From the NCBI GenBank assembly GCA_964016885.1, contig OZ024741.1:142352001-142416000 (forward strand): a stretch of 64,000 bases of DNA. The letters are read 5' to 3'. Below are positions 24,100-37,943 of the stretch, piece by piece. The notes under the pieces are model-generated. The model ran no database searches. It was given only the letters and a program-made list of their open reading frames with translations, and was not told where the DNA came from. Both the position numbers and the translations under genes were made by a program. Each line of letters opens with the position of its first letter. Position 1 is the stretch's first letter. This DNA is from Eledone cirrhosa. Its lineage: Eukaryota.

Positions 24100-25900
24100 C
24101 TTGCAATCTTGCATGCAGGGTGAGGCTGGATTGATGGTTTCAAAGAGCTCTGGATCGCCATCTTTATCGGGCAACTCTGTTGAAATGATCATCAACATCT
24201 GGTCTTATCTTCTCCAGGCACCAGATTATTGTGTGAGAGTGAGGAAGTCTTTTCTTCCGCCATTCAATAGTGATGTTCCATGCACTAAACTCATCAAAGA
24301 TTCTTTTATGAGCTAGAGGAGATTTTTGCTTTTTGTGGGGCACCCGAGCAATGAGGTCATGTCAATCCTTCAGTTTCAAATTTGGAAATAGTTCATTGAA
24401 TATTTCTGTCCAGTTTGAGTTGCATGTAAATGTAAACTGACTGGTCAAATTTTCTGACTTAGGCCATTGCAGCTTGCATATGTTTATGCATGTAATGTAA
24501 TCCTCCTGTGAAGCTTGACGGCAGTATGACTGGCTGGCCAATATTTCTTGGGTTGCTATCAGAATTGATGGTATCTCTAAGGTGGATGTAGTTCTCTGCC
24601 CTCAACTTATCTTGATTCTTTTGTAGGAAACAATCTTTTAGTTTTAATTTTGGCATACATGTCCACCGTGAACTGCTTGGTCACCTCTTTGAATCACAGA
24701 ACTTGGTTGAAGTGATCCCATAACATGAAATAATAAGCATGGAATTCTTTGCAACTGATGGATTGGCCTTTTTTTTTTTTTTGTCCTGTTCTTGGGTTGA
24801 TCTGCCGTAACTGAAAATGATATCCAAAAGATGAATTGGTATTGGAGTGAGTCATAGGCCCTATGAGTTTCATATATTCGCTCCAAATATCCACTTTGTT
24901 TTTGCAAAACAATCTCATGTTGTTTGTGTTGTTCATTAACCATTATGATGGTAACTTCATCAGTGATAGGTGCACTGAACTTGCATTTATTTTCTGAAGC
25001 TGGGAGTTTTTCTGCTCTAATGAGGATTTTGTGATCCCTGGTGTTGTTCATGTGCTCCAGTGGATATTTAAATATACTGATGTACATGTGATGCTGGTGA
25101 AGCTTTTCTTGTAACTTCATGACTATGTAGAACTGCAATCCACCATAAAATGGTCATGTAGGTGTCACGACAAAATGGACCCAGTCCACACTGTAAAGTG
25201 GTCATGTAGGTGTCATGACAAAAACCACCCAGCCCACACTGTAAAGTGATCGTGTAGGTGTCACGACAAAAAGCATCCAGCCCATACTGTAAAGTGGTCA
25301 TGTAGAAATCACAGCAAAAAGCACCCAGCACACACTGTAAATGTGGTTGGCATTAGGAAGGGCATCCAGCCGTAGAAACCTAGCCTGAAACAGTCCTATA
25401 TGAATAAGACACAGTCACCTGACCTAACTTACCTCAAATGGAACAATCCGTCTAACCCATCCTAGTGTGGAAAATGGACGTTAAATGATGATGATGAAGT
25501 AGACCTGCACAAATTGTGAGGCTCCAATGGTAGTGGTTAAAGACCACCCATTAAGTGGACCACTGTCCCTGAATTTTATAAGTTGTGCAGAATCTAAAGT
25601 CAGTCACATTCCTGTCAGTGCCAAAAGATGTCATTTGAAAGACAATTGTATTTTATGGATGTATTTATTGAAGTGTTATGCTTCTGGAATATCCTGGAGA
25701 AGCAGGTTCTCAGAAATTCAGGAGGCTCTTGTATTGTTTTAAGGTTCACTTTGCCTTTTGAGCAGCATAGACCTGATGTTTCTGCTGCCCACACCTTGGT
25801 ACCACAATAATGACAGCATTTGTTCATTTTTCCCAAGGTTGATTTGTGGATTACTGCTGTAGTCCTTATGGGGGTTATAAGAAAAAGCACCAATCAGCCA
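24100..25900 (-). mobile_element. Helitron Rep/helicase pseudogene fragment (interrupted by a SINE)
   Basis: LGKMNKCCHYCGTKVWAAETSGLCCSKGKV; FSAPITDEV...RIYETHRAYDSLQY; NQDKLRAENYIHLRD...IGQPVILPSSFTGG. Frameshifted. Confidence 0.88.
25130..25497 (+). mobile_element. SINE-like element with internal ~48-bp tandem repeats and (GAT)n tail
   Basis: (cactgtaaagtggtcatgtaggtgtcacgacaaaaagcacccagcc)n then ggcattaggaagggcatccagccgtagaaac...ggacgttaaatgatgatg. Other copies at about 29240, 30200 (-), 31420, 52085, 58235 and 60965. Confidence 0.75.
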
Positions 25901-27066
25901 GTTCGTATGCCTAGGAAGATGGGTCTTCTGCAGTACAGCATATTGTCAGAGAACTCGATCCTGCATCATCTCTTTTGAGAGGTTTAATTACATGAGTAAT
26001 TTACTACATCATCCCATGCTTTTCTAGGTCTTTCTCTTCCATAGTTTCCATCAAGCTCCTTGCACCTTTTTATACAGCTGTCATCCTCTATACACATCAC
26101 ATGTCCATACCACTGCAATAATCGTCCTCATCATCGTTTTTATGTTTGCCTTTCCATGCTTGCATGGGTTAGACAGCATCTCTCAACTTGTTGCGTTCCT
26201 TTCTCATCTCCTCTGCCAGTCATAGCGATTTGAGGTCTGTTCTCACAACATCTGCTCTCACAACCTCTGCCCAGGTCTTTCTTGGTCGTCCTCTATTGCA
26301 GCTTCCTTCCACTGGGAATTCCTGGCATTCTTCACACATCAGTCATTGACTATGCAGCATATCCATACCAACAGTCTTATGTCCTCTGCAGTCACAGCCT
26401 ATGTTTCACTCCCATGCAGTGTTGTGCACTTCACTCAGGCATCATACAGCCTTCCTTTTATACGTAGGGAAAAACCTTTTGTTGTCAGCAGTGGGAGCAG
26501 TTCTCTAAACTTCTTCTAGCTATTATACTCTTGGCACACCCTCCTCTGCTGCTAATTAGGTCACCTAGATAGTAAAAGCTGTCAACCATGTCTATGGATC
26601 CTTCCTGCAAAATATATGCATTTATGTGTACATATCATTATCATCATAATTTAACACCTGTCTCCCCTGCTAGCAAAGGTTGGATGGATCTTCAGAGTCC
26701 AAGTCAGTACTCAAACAAAGCTACTGACCTCTCAGATGTGTTGGGGGCCTACATCTCACTTACATAAATTCCTGCATTCTACCAAGTACATTTTATCATG
26801 CCACCAATACTAAGGAGGTTATCATTTCTTTGACACAGCTGAAGAGTAATAATACTCATCACTTAGTTATGATAAAGAATATTATTAAACACCACTTTGG
26901 TATTGAGTACTTATTCTCATGTCCATCAATATCACATGCACATGTATATGTATATATATGTGTGCATATGAATGTATGTATGTGTGTTTATATGTACATA
27001 TATGTATGTATATGTGCATGTGTGTATATATATATATATTTATTTTTATTTTTTTTAATATAGAAA

Positions 27067-27230
27067 TACAGGACTAGGACTGTTTCATTCGGGAGAAATC
27101 ATCCTGATGATTTCTCCCGAATGAAACAGTTCTAGTCCTGTAGAAGCCATTTCTATATTAAATATTTATACTCTGCTATGTATTGAGTACCTTACTTAGT
27201 GTGATTACCCCCCCCCCCCCCTGATTGAAC
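27067..27230 (+). mobile_element. PLE pLTR-like fragment with hammerhead core inside a near-perfect 37-bp-arm palindrome
   Basis: Arms 27067-27103 and 27106-27142. CTGATGA at 27104 and GAAA at 27123. Confidence 0.62.
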
Positions 27231-27883
27231 CGGAGTGGGGGTAAACATATATATGTGGGTGCGTCTGTGTTTATGTGTACCTATCATCATCATCATCATT
27301 TTACATCCGCTTTTCCCTGCTTACAAGGGTGGGACATATATGCTTGTATATATGTGTGTATGTATGCATGGTGAGGAGGGTGACTTTGGACATCCTGCAG
27401 GATAAAAAACAAAACCTGTCAAAGGGCAAAGGAGTTCTTAAGAGTCAATGGCCATCCAAAATCAACGGGAGAGATGACCCCTTAGCCTTTGTCAAGGCAG
27501 AATTCTAGGAGAAGGAAAACTATGATATAACACCTGCAACCCTGATGGTATCCAATGATGTTGACTTGGTTAAGAGAGTGGGACTGGCTTTGTGCAGTGC
27601 CTTTGCTCACTATAAAAGCTTCACGGCACAGGCATTGCTTTATATCTGGAGATCTCTCTGCACTTGTCGTCACATGGTACCATGAGCCCAGCACTATGTG
27701 TCAATAATTGTCACAAGTGTAGTGTTTGTACCAGAGTTTTCAAGTTTCTGGCTGGACTAAAAAGTCACACTCGTTCAGCACATCGGTAGGGGTTCTCCTA
27801 CATGGATATAAAGTAGTGGCCATACTCGAAAACGAGTTGGCAGCCACCATGTATGCATGGAAAAGTGGCCGTAAAAATGATGA

Positions 27884-27940
<57 letters not shown>

Positions 27941-30900
27941 ATCTATGTAAGCATGGAAAAGTAGCCATTAAATGATGACAATGTGTCATTACAGCCAGTG
28001 AGAGAAACCAGACCTTACTTCACTTACCTCTTGTTATCAGTACTTGATATTTAATACATTGATATGTAGTTAATATCCCTGATCTACAACTCCATATTTT
28101 ATTTAAAATAGCCTAATCAAATATATCTTGTTTGTAGTAGAATCTGTGGAGTGTCCAACAAAGTAGGTTGGGTTATTGCATTACATATGGCCATATACAT
28201 TTATGTGTGGGGTATATGTGTTATTTTATTATGTCTCATCAATTTACATTTACATATGTATTTGTGTGTGTGTCTATGTGCATGTGTGTGTGTGTATATA
28301 TATGTTTGTGTGCATGTGTCTTTGTATATGTGTGTCTGTGTGTCTATATATATATATATCATCATCGTTTTTACATCCGCCTGTCCATGCTATCATGGAT
28401 TGCACAGGTCTTTTTGAAGCAATGTTTTACAAATGAATGCCTTTCATGATGCCAACCCTTTTAGTTACCTCTTACAACATGCATGAATACAGTGTACCTA
28501 TTTTAAAATCTAAGATACACATATGTGTGTGAATGTATATATGTGTGTGTGTGTAGATATGTATGGGAGTGCATGTATATGTGAATATATTTGTGTATAT
28601 AAATATGTGATATTTGGTTATGTTTACATTTATGTATATGTATCTGTATACAGTTGTGTGATATTTGGTTGTCTCATCAATTTACATTTACATAAATGGA
28701 ATATTTTCTCTATATGTGTGTGTAAGTGTGCATGTGTGTGAGATATTTGGTTTCATCACATCCATTTAGATTTTGAGTTGTAATCTTGCCAAGGTCAACT
28801 TGGCTTTTTCTCCTTCAGGGATCAATAAAATATATGAAAGTCAAATCACTGAAGTTGATATAATTGACTTGAAAATAGTGCTCCAGCATGATCATTCTCT
28901 AATGGCTGAAACCAGTAAAGAAATGAAAGAAAGATAATAATAAATAAATAAGGTGATAATAGAATAAAATAGTTTACAAATACTTGAAATCCAAGAATTT
29001 ATTTATTTGTTATCATATTTTAGCTATCCACAACATTCTTAAAATAACTCTTAATGCTTCTAATGTATAGATCATCATCATCACATCTGCTTTCTATACT
29101 AGCATGGGTTGGACAGGTTGTCACGATCTGAGACCAGATGGGTCAGGGTGACTAAATTTGCTCATTATGTTCCATATTTTGTATGGTATGGCTGGATACC
29201 CTTCTTAATGCCAACTACCTTACAAGGTGTATTGGGTGTGTAATGTGGTCAGTGTTAGGAAGGGCATCCAGCTGTACCCTGTAAGGTGGTCGTGCTGGTA
29301 CCACAACAAAAACGGTACCCAATCCATCCTGTAAGGTGGTTATACTGATACTATGACAAAAAAGGACCTAGTTCAGCCTGTAAGGTGGTTGTACAGGTAC
29401 CATAGCGAAAAGCATTCAGTTCACCTTGTAATGTGGTAGTGGAAGTGCCACAAAAAAAGCTCCCTGTATATGATGTAATGTGGTTGGCATTAGGAAGGGC
29501 ACCATCCGTAGAAAACCATGCTAAAAGCAGACTGTGTGATTAAGGTGTGGTCACATTACCTGGCTAGTCACATAATGTGACAGTCTGCCTAAACTATGTA
29601 AGCATGGAAAATAGAAGTTAAATAGTGGTGATGATAGCAATATATAAAGGAAAGAGGAAAGGAGCTGATTATGAGATCAGACCAAGGAAACACTGTTTCC
29701 ATTCCTGATACTAACTCATGGATAAGGTGTTACCAATTAAAAGACTAGTAAGGCCATTATTCAACAGAGTACTCAATCATTTAAAGATATATATTGAAGA
29801 TAGTATTTATTTTATGTAAGCTTTTTTTTTGTTTTTGTTTTTTCTGCGATGACATCCTTCCATATTGTAACTGATATTTACAAGGGGGTGGGTGATGTGA
29901 CTCTGCTGATATAGGGGATGTGTGATGAAAATTAGATGACATTTACTCTGTGTAAGACTGCTAAAATATTGAAATAGCAGTGACAGTGAATGGTACTGGT
30001 GACAGGCAAAGACCTGACAAAGATTTGTAATTAATACACAAATATTTTCCTTTAAAAAAAAAGCATGATTTCTTGAATCAAACATGTTTCAGTGTTCATT
30101 GTTACTGAATTGTCGTCATCACTGTCATCAGCGTTGCTGCTGCTGCCTATCCTGGGTCTTTTCAAGCACAGCATCCCTCCAGTCGGTTAAGTTCCTTATA
30201 GTGCAGACTGGGTGCTTTTTGCTGTGGCACCAGCACTACCATCTAACAGTGTGGATTGGGTGCTTTTCGTTGAGGCACAAGCATTACCACATTACAGGGT
30301 AGGCTGGGTCTCTTTTTGTTGTGGCACCAGCCATTAATCAATTATAGAACCTGAATGGAAAATAGTATCTAATTTTTAGCTAGTTGGATTTATTTATGTA
30401 GTGTTTTATAAAGGGAAGTTATTATCTTTTTTTAAAGCAACATTGTAACAACAACCTTTATGGTTTTTGTAGTCTGAATAAAGCTTTCAAAATTTGTACT
30501 TGATAGGCAAGTGACCTGATTTTAAACCATGTGTTGAAACTGAAGTAATTACATCCAGGATGTGTTATTTTAACTATTCAGAAAAGCACAAAAACTATCA
30601 TATTTGCTTATCATTTATTTTGTGGTGTTGAAAGTTTCCTTATGCTCTTTGGCTGTTTGCAACCTGGTCACTGACATAGTTTTACAGAATTTTTGTGAAA
30701 TTGTGGATTCGTTGATGTTTAACTCCAAGTCAACTGTAACTCCTTTATCAAGTAGATCTTTGATCAAAGATATTCAAACATGAACATCTTGTATCATTGT
30801 ACATTGGGACTACATTATCCAATGAGGCCCTTGCTTATTTTTAAGACCGGTTAGATGGGACTTGAAGGAGATATGGCTATTTCTAGCCGCTGATGTAGTA

Positions 30901-31724
30901 AAAGCTGATCTCACATTAAACCTCTCAAAGGAGATGATGCAGGATCCAGTTTTGCAGAAGACCTGCCATCACTCATGTACAGGGTGAAAAAAACATGGAG
31001 AGGACAGTAGTCTCCACTGCATACAAACTACCTTGTTAGTTGATAGTGGCGATGGTGCTGCTGTTGTTGTCTTCTGATGCAATCTCTATCAATTTAATAA
31101 GTTATCTTTTGTTACTATCACTTGCAGTGATAGTAGCGAAAAATTACTTATTAAAATGTAAACAAGGTTGTTTACATTGAGAAGGATATATTGGTGAATC
31201 TTTCATTATCATATTTCTAATAAAATACACAGTAAATTAATTAATTAATTAAGAATTTGGAAAGATTTGGTAATATTTATTTCATCATTAAGATGGCATT
31301 TGTAACATAACTCAAGACTCTTTAAAATATTACTAGAAGGTTTTTATTTAAAATAGAAACCCTTTAAAATGGGTGTTCTTGATCCAGAGGTAGTTTGGGG
31401 CAATTAGTATCAAAAGAGATAAAAGTACCTGGTCCACCCTGTAAATGAATTGTGCTGGTGCCACAGCAAAAAGTACCCAGTCCATAAGATGGTCGTGCTG
31501 GTATCACAACGAAAAGCACAATCCACTCTGTAAGGTAGTTGCGCTGGTACTACAGCAAAAAAAGCACCCAGTCCACTCTGTAAGTGCTGATGCCACAAAA
31601 AATGCTCCCGATCCACCCAGTAATGTGGTTAGTGTTAAGAAGGGCATCCAGCTGTAGAAACCAAGCCAAAAATGGAATGTATGAACAAGGCTTGGTCACT
31701 TGACCTATCTAGCCTCATAACATA

Positions 31725-32925
31725 CAAGGGTTGGCTGAAAAGTTCATAGGCTGACCAAGATACTCTCATGGAATGTGACCAAATGGGGTTAGTTTTCAAC
31801 ATAGTCTCCCTTGTGGTCAATACACTTCTTCATTGGTGTGGCAGTGTTTGGATCCCATTGGTGAAGAAGCTTTCATCCTGTTGGTAAAAAAGTCATCAAC
31901 AACAGATATGATAGTCAGATGGAGCCAGATCAGGAGAATAGGGAGGGAGATCAACCAGTTCAAAGTCACGGTTATGCATAGCAGCCATTGAAACCAAGGA
32001 CTTGTGTGCTGGAGCATTGTCTTGATGAAATAAGACCCCTTTCATCAGTTTTCCTGGGTGTTTGATTTTAATAGCCTTCCATAACTGCCTCAGCAAGTTG
32101 GCATAGTACTCTCCATTGATGGTGTGGCCCTTTTGAAAATAGTAAACACAATACCTTTTACATTCTAAAAAACTGAAGCTATTAACTTCCCTGCAGATGA
32201 AACGACCTTGGCCTTTTTTGGAGCCGGTGAGGAGGGTTTTTTTACTATATGAATTGTCTCTTTGTCTCTGGCTCAGAGTGATGAACCCAACACTCATCCT
32301 GGATTAGGAAACATTCAAGGAAACCTGCTGGATCTGCCTTAAATAATGTCAGATTTCCCCGTGATGTCATCAACCTAGTGTACTTTTGATCATGTGTCAG
32401 ATGACGTGGCACCCACAGAGTAGAAACTTTTGTCATGTCAAGTTCATTGTGCAGAATACTCTCAACCCTCTCATAGGATATACTAATAGCATCGGCTATT
32501 TGATTTATAGTCTGCCTGTCATCCATCACTGTGTGATCAATGTTTTTCTTGGTGGTGGCAGTTGCAGGATGTCTAGACTTTGGGTCATCTTCAAGACTCT
32601 CCTTTCCTCTCCTAGATTCAGCTGCCCACTTTTGCACTATTGATAAAGCTAGAGTGTCATACCCTAATGTAGCAACCATATCAGCATGAATGTCCTTGGG
32701 GGCTAAACCCTTTTTCTGCAGGTACTTGATAACACCATGATGCCAAATTTTGTCCAGTTTGAAGAGTTGTTACTAGTTACTTTTGAAGTCTTTGTTGAAC
32801 AGTCAGATGTCGGAAAGAAACAATGCAGTTATTAATAAGAAGAGTTGAAATTAATGCATGCAAGATTTCACAGCTCTGGCATCAAACCTTCATAGTCAGC
32901 CTATGAACATTTCAGCCCACCCTCA
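31725..32925 (-). mobile_element. Mariner transposon, full length, defective transposase
   Basis: TIRs CAAGGGTTGGCTGAAAAGTTCATAGGCTGAC and GTCAGCCTATGAACATTTCAGCCCACCCTCA with TA on both sides. WVPRHL, DECW, HQDNAPAH and YSPDLAPSDY motifs split by frameshifts. Confidence 0.95.
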
Positions 32926-33145
32926 TAACAACCCATCTAACATGCAAACATGGAAAATCTATGTTCAACGGTGATGATGAGAATGATGAAAACTAATCAA
33001 TTTAATCATCATCCTGCCAAAAAAGGGCTCCCCATGGGGCCTAATTTCACATTAAGACATTCTATTTATATTTCTTCTCTCACCCTCCCATGACCATCAC
33101 TACCACCACCATTTCTAATGTGCTATTGTTATTGTTCTTTCACAG

Positions 33146-33266
33146 GTTGAATATTCCTACCCACCTCTTATTGAAGGTAACTCTGTAGACAGTCATGAAC
33201 TGCCTGATCAGTGGCGCCACCTTCCCTCACTCGCTCTCCCTGATGGTGCACACAATTATACTAAGG
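33146..33266 (+). CDS. AVL9: AVL9 exon 2
   Basis: cacag|VEYSYPPLIEGNSVDSHELPDQWRHLPSLALPDGAHNYTK|gtaagt. Confidence 0.95.
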
Positions 33267-33328
33267 GTAAGTAAATAAAAAGGAAAAAAATGTAATGGTA
33301 CCTTAACTCTCGATGTTGTCATAGAGGC

Positions 33329-33614
33329 AGTAGCATAGTTAGGTGGAGCTTGGGTGGTCTGCCCTGGGTAACACTTTCATGGGTCTGTTGTATATATTTG
33401 AGTATGTGGAGGGACAGGGGGATGTGCAAACTGAAGGGCTGTCTTAGGCACCATTTTTATGGCACGTTTGGGTCTTTTATATATATTTGTATATATGGGG
33501 GAGCATCCGCCTGAGGTACCACTTTTATGAGGGCAGTGGTTTTGTGTCTGTTGTATATATTTGAGAATGGGGAGGAGATGACAGGAGGGGTGATACTCAC
33601 TAGCTATGCCACTG
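33329..33614. mobile_element. hAT-like MITE
   Basis: Ends cagtagcatagttag and ctagctatgccactg (CAGTGGCGTAGCTAG-type TIR). No clean TSD. Confidence 0.45.
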
Positions 33615-34892
33615 TGCAGGCATGTATTTTATTGTGGCATTACCACTAGAGAGATACTCATTAGTGACAAACAAATACAAAGGGAATAAGTTTGTTTGCC
33701 TTTTATTACTTTCAAAATATAGTTGTTTAGTAATTTAAAGCTTAGACACATTCTCTCTTCATTGTATGTATGTTAAAATCCTCTCAGGATCAACTTTGCC
33801 TTTCGTTCTTCATGTACTGAAGTCAATATATTCAACTATTCCTGACCTTGTGATTTTTTTTTTTTAGAAATTATTATATACTGGTGGATTAGCAGAATTG
33901 TTAGGACACCGGATAAAATGCCTTGCAGTATTTAGCTGGGATTCTTTATGTTCTGAGTTCAAATCCTGCTGCTGTCTACTTTTCAACTTTCTAAGTTGAT
34001 AAAATAAAATCCCAGTCAACTATTGGAGTTGATTTTAATAGACTAAGCCATCCACACAAAAAAAAAAGATTTCTGGACTTATACTTATGTTAGAAATTAA
34101 TATTATTATATTTAGTGTTTCATTAATCATATTTTTATTACATGCTTTCACTGCACAACTGAGTGATGCAGCTCTGCCCTTGCTACATGCACTGTTTTTC
34201 TATTGTATTGAAATTACTTATGTTTTCTATTGTCATCATCATCATCCTCTTTACATCTGTTTTCCCCTGCTTGCAACAGTTGAACATGTCTTTTCCAGCA
34301 CAACTTAACCATCTCTTGTTCATCATCTCTGTGAGATTCGGCATTTTGAGATCGGCTGTCATCTCTTCTGCCCAGGTTTTGCAGCTTCCTTCTAGTTGGA
34401 ATTTTTGGCACTTCACCCAACATTCATTATCCATATGCATCAAATGACCACACAAGTGCAGCTTCTCTTTTGCATATTGCATTTAATTTTTCTTATACTC
34501 AGTTTCTTTCAAAACATACTTTATTTCTCTCCAGCTTTAGCCTATCCTCTGCATTTATTGCTTATGTTTCACTTCCATACAACATCGCATGTCAATCAGG
34601 TGTTATTGTTGTTGTTAAAGCAGTGGATTGGCAGAGCGTTGGACAAATGCATAGCAGTATTTGTTTGACTCTTGATATTCTGCGTTCAAATTCCCACCAA
34701 AATCATCTTTGCCTTTCATCCTTCTGAGATTAATAAAATAAAGTACCAGTAAAGTACTGAGGTTGATGTAATTGCCTTATTCCCCCATGAAAACAGTTGT
34801 TAACCTTGTGCCAAATTTAGAAATTGTTGTTGTTATTGTTTTCCAGATACAATGTATTTCCAAATATAATATTAGAAATCATTATTTTCCAG

Positions 34893-34978
34893 ATACCATT
34901 TTCTTTCATCTCCCATCCAGAGATGGTGAATACAATACTGTTTATGGTGTGTCCTGCTACCAACAGATGGACTCGAAG
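34893..34978 (+). CDS. AVL9: AVL9 exon 3
   Basis: tccag|(D)TIFFHLPSRDGEYNTVYGVSCYQQMDSK|gtcagt. Confidence 0.95.
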
Positions 34979-35571
34979 GTCAGTTGGAATTAACCTTTTT
35001 GACACCAAACCACCTAAATCATCCTCTGCTTCTTTGATATAAAACTGTTTGTTTTAAAATGTTTATATTTATCTCAAAAACTTCCCATCATAATTTTGTG
35101 TAAGAACCTTTGTTAAGGTCCAAGATACAGAAAATAACTGTAAACACAGTCTATTGTTCTAAATAATAGCTTAGAAAATTGGGTAAAACACACTTATGGG
35201 TGGAAAAAGTGGCCAGCAGCTACTATGCAGAATCAATCTCTCAAATTCTGTCTGAGTGCTCTAACCATTGAGCAACTATATATATATATATCATTATCTG
35301 AGTGTGAATTGTATTTACAAAAGAATGAGCCCTCAGTGTGTAAACATAGAGGTACTTTCTATTAATTAAAATACATGCCAACTAAACATGTGTATATCAT
35401 GACTCATGCACTGTTCATTTTCCTGATGTTTGTACATTACCCTATGTACTATACATACACTTTTGATGAGTTGTAGTGCACCTGAGCACTGTACACAATA
35501 TTTTCATTATTATTATTATTATGATAGTCTGATTAATCAGATACCATATATATATATCCCTCTCTCTCTAG

Positions 35572-35643
35572 GACCTGATTAGCCGATCAAAGGATGTCAC
35601 CAGAAACACTGTACAGAAAAGCGTGTGTGTACTAAGCAAATTG
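35572..35643 (+). CDS. AVL9: AVL9 exon 4
   Basis: tctag|DLISRSKDVTRNTVQKSVCVLSKL|gtaagt. Confidence 0.95.
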
Positions 35644-35799
35644 GTAAGTTGGTGCAGCAGAAAGAAAAGAGAGTTAGAAATTTAAATGTCACCAAAATGA
35701 CATCAAATGTGTGTAGAGTGAAGAATGAAATTCTTAAATGATTGATTTATTGAGGACACAGTGGCAGAGTTGAATACAGCAGTGTTGATTTCCCTTACA

Positions 35800-35905
35800 T
35801 ACTTTGACGAGAGTAACTAACTTCAACAAAGTAGAACTATTCATTGATACATATCTCAGTAAATTGTTAACAGACAACCAGATAGTTGTGAGTGTCTCCT
35901 GTTGT
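35800..35905 (+). pseudogene. Decayed partial duplicate of AVL9 exon 5 inside intron 4
   Basis: tactttgacgagag...aaagtagaactattcattgatacatatc...tcagtaaattgttaacagacaaccagat aligns to about 37835-37920 with indels. Confidence 0.8.
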
Positions 35906-36763
35906 TGTTGTTGTGTAGCCCTAGGTCAGCTTTGCAGTATTTGTTTGACTTTCTACACCCTGAGTTTATATCTGGTCAAAGTCAACTTAGCCTTTTATCC
36001 TTTCATTGTTAATAAAATAAAGTACCAGTCCCCAGGGCAGTGGATTAATGGAATTGTTAGAATATCAGACAAAATACATTGAATTTGTGCTAGCTCTTTG
36101 TCCTTTGAGTTCAAATCTCACTATAGCCTATTTGAGTGGTAGACTTAATCTCTCGTTGAATTTATCACTACCACCTGACCCTCATGCACCTTTAGTGGAG
36201 CTCAGTTTATTGCAGTTATTCAGACCAGGTCTTATGTTTAAGGATACCTTCTTTTCTCCTTCCCACTGGTCTCGGGCTTCCTGAAATGGGTCCTGGTCAC
36301 TGCCATTCACTTGTTAACTGTATGGTATACAAAAAAAAATTTATTTTTTTTGCTTATCTCCCTTCTTCTTAATCATCCCCTGCAGTGTTCCACCTCCCAA
36401 GCCCTACACCAGAGATGGGGAACCTGCAGCTTTACAGCCGCATTCGACCTTCTATATAATTCTGTGCACCCTTTTGAAAGAATCGAAAATTGACAACAAA
36501 TTTTTAATTTTCATCAATATGTTTTTGTCTGTCTCTTATTTTAAGTTAAACTATAAGATGAATGTATTTTAAATACCAAAGAGTAAAAGAAAATTCATTA
36601 AAATAATCCACACTGACAGACAGCCAGAATTTAAAAATTAGTAGATCATCAGGTCCATTTCAGCACTTTCTACTTTCATATTTTAGTTCTGTGATTCTTG
36701 AATGTACATTAAATTCCCAGTTGATTTCGTTTTTTAAATAATTAGTACATAGTGATTATGAAG

Positions 36764-37040
36764 GCACGTGGCCTAGTGATAAGGGTTTGGACTTATGATC
36801 ATAATGTCGTTGGTTCAATTCCTGGGCTGGGTTGCGTGTTGTGTTCTTGAGCAAAATACTTCATTTAACATTACTCCTATATACTCAGCTGAAAATGAGT
36901 ACCACCCATAGCTAGGGGTTTAACCCTGCGATGGACTGGCGCCCTGTCCAGGAGGAAGTCTTGTACTCTGTCGCTTCACGCCACGGAAACTGGGATAAAC
37001 ACTGGCCTGATGAGCCTTCTGGCTTGAGACAGACTTTTTA
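36764..37040 (+). mobile_element. tRNA-derived SINE (related copies on - at about 21365-21600 and 44960-45220)
   Basis: gtggcctagtgataaggg...ggttcaattcc head, cagctgaaaatgagtacc body, ggcctgatgagccttctggcttgagacagac tail. Confidence 0.75.
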
Positions 37041-37786
37041 GACATAGTAATTATGGTTTCTTGAATGCAGCCTTATTATATTAAAAGTAACTTAATGCAG
37101 CTTTTCGGCATGTAAAGGTTCCCCACCTCTGCCCTACACTGATCTTCAATCCTTCCCTGGTCATGCTCCCCCACTGGAATTCCCTCCATGCCTGCCACCC
37201 ACCCTCACATTATTCCTATAGATATGGGTGTGCTGTTCAAACCAAACATCAGTTGCATCAATTTTACCAGTTTGGGATGGTCAGGAACAGCTCTGGATAT
37301 TACTCCTCCATTTGACCATTTTATTTTTTAAACGATGGGGATGGTGGAGATGCTAATAATGGTGATACCAAATTTGACGATTATGATGAGGAATATTATA
37401 TTAATGATCATCATCATCATCATTTAATGTTTGTTTTCCCTGCTAGCAAGGGTTGATTATGAATTTGATAATGACAGTGACGATGAGAAATATAACCATG
37501 AAGATAATGATGACTCTGTGATGATGATGAGAAAGATAAGTATGATAACCATGAGGATAATCATGGTTATGGTGATGATGGTCGTGATAATGATGATGTA
37601 TATGAGGATAACAACGATGATGTATATGAAGATGATGGTGGTGAGGATGTATATGAGAATGATGATGTATATGAAAATGATGGTGATGAGGATGTATATG
37701 AAGATGATGGTGATGATGATGATTGTAATGATGTATATGATGATGCTGATGTACTTCATTGTCTCTTTCTTTTTTTTTTCCTGCAG

Positions 37787-37943
37787 CCATTCTATGGGTT
37801 GATTCAAGCTAAACTTGAATTAATCACCCATGCCTACTTTGACGAGAGAGACTTCAGTAAAGTAGAACTGCTCATTGATACATATCGCAACCTCAGTACA
37901 TTGTTGACAGACAGCCAGATGGATGGCACAAAAATCTACCTCG
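37787..37943 (+). CDS. AVL9: AVL9 exon 5
   Basis: ctgcag|PFYGLIQAKLELITHAYFDERDFSKVELLIDTYRNLSTLLTDSQMDGTKIYL|gttagt. Confidence 0.95.

Noticed and set aside
25141-25340. Regularly spaced repeats (also 43407-43893 and 46060-46375) as CRISPR-like arrays
   Set aside because: Units are contiguous with no unique spacers, the context is eukaryotic, and no cas genes are present.
37003-37035. CTGATGAG in the SINE tail as a hammerhead
   Set aside because: No GAAA or stem III follows (GAGAC instead). It is part of a SINE 3' end also seen at about 21385 and 44970.
37431-37807. Met-rich, His-rich and Ile-rich ORFs
   Set aside because: (GAT)n-derived intronic microsatellite just upstream of exon 5.
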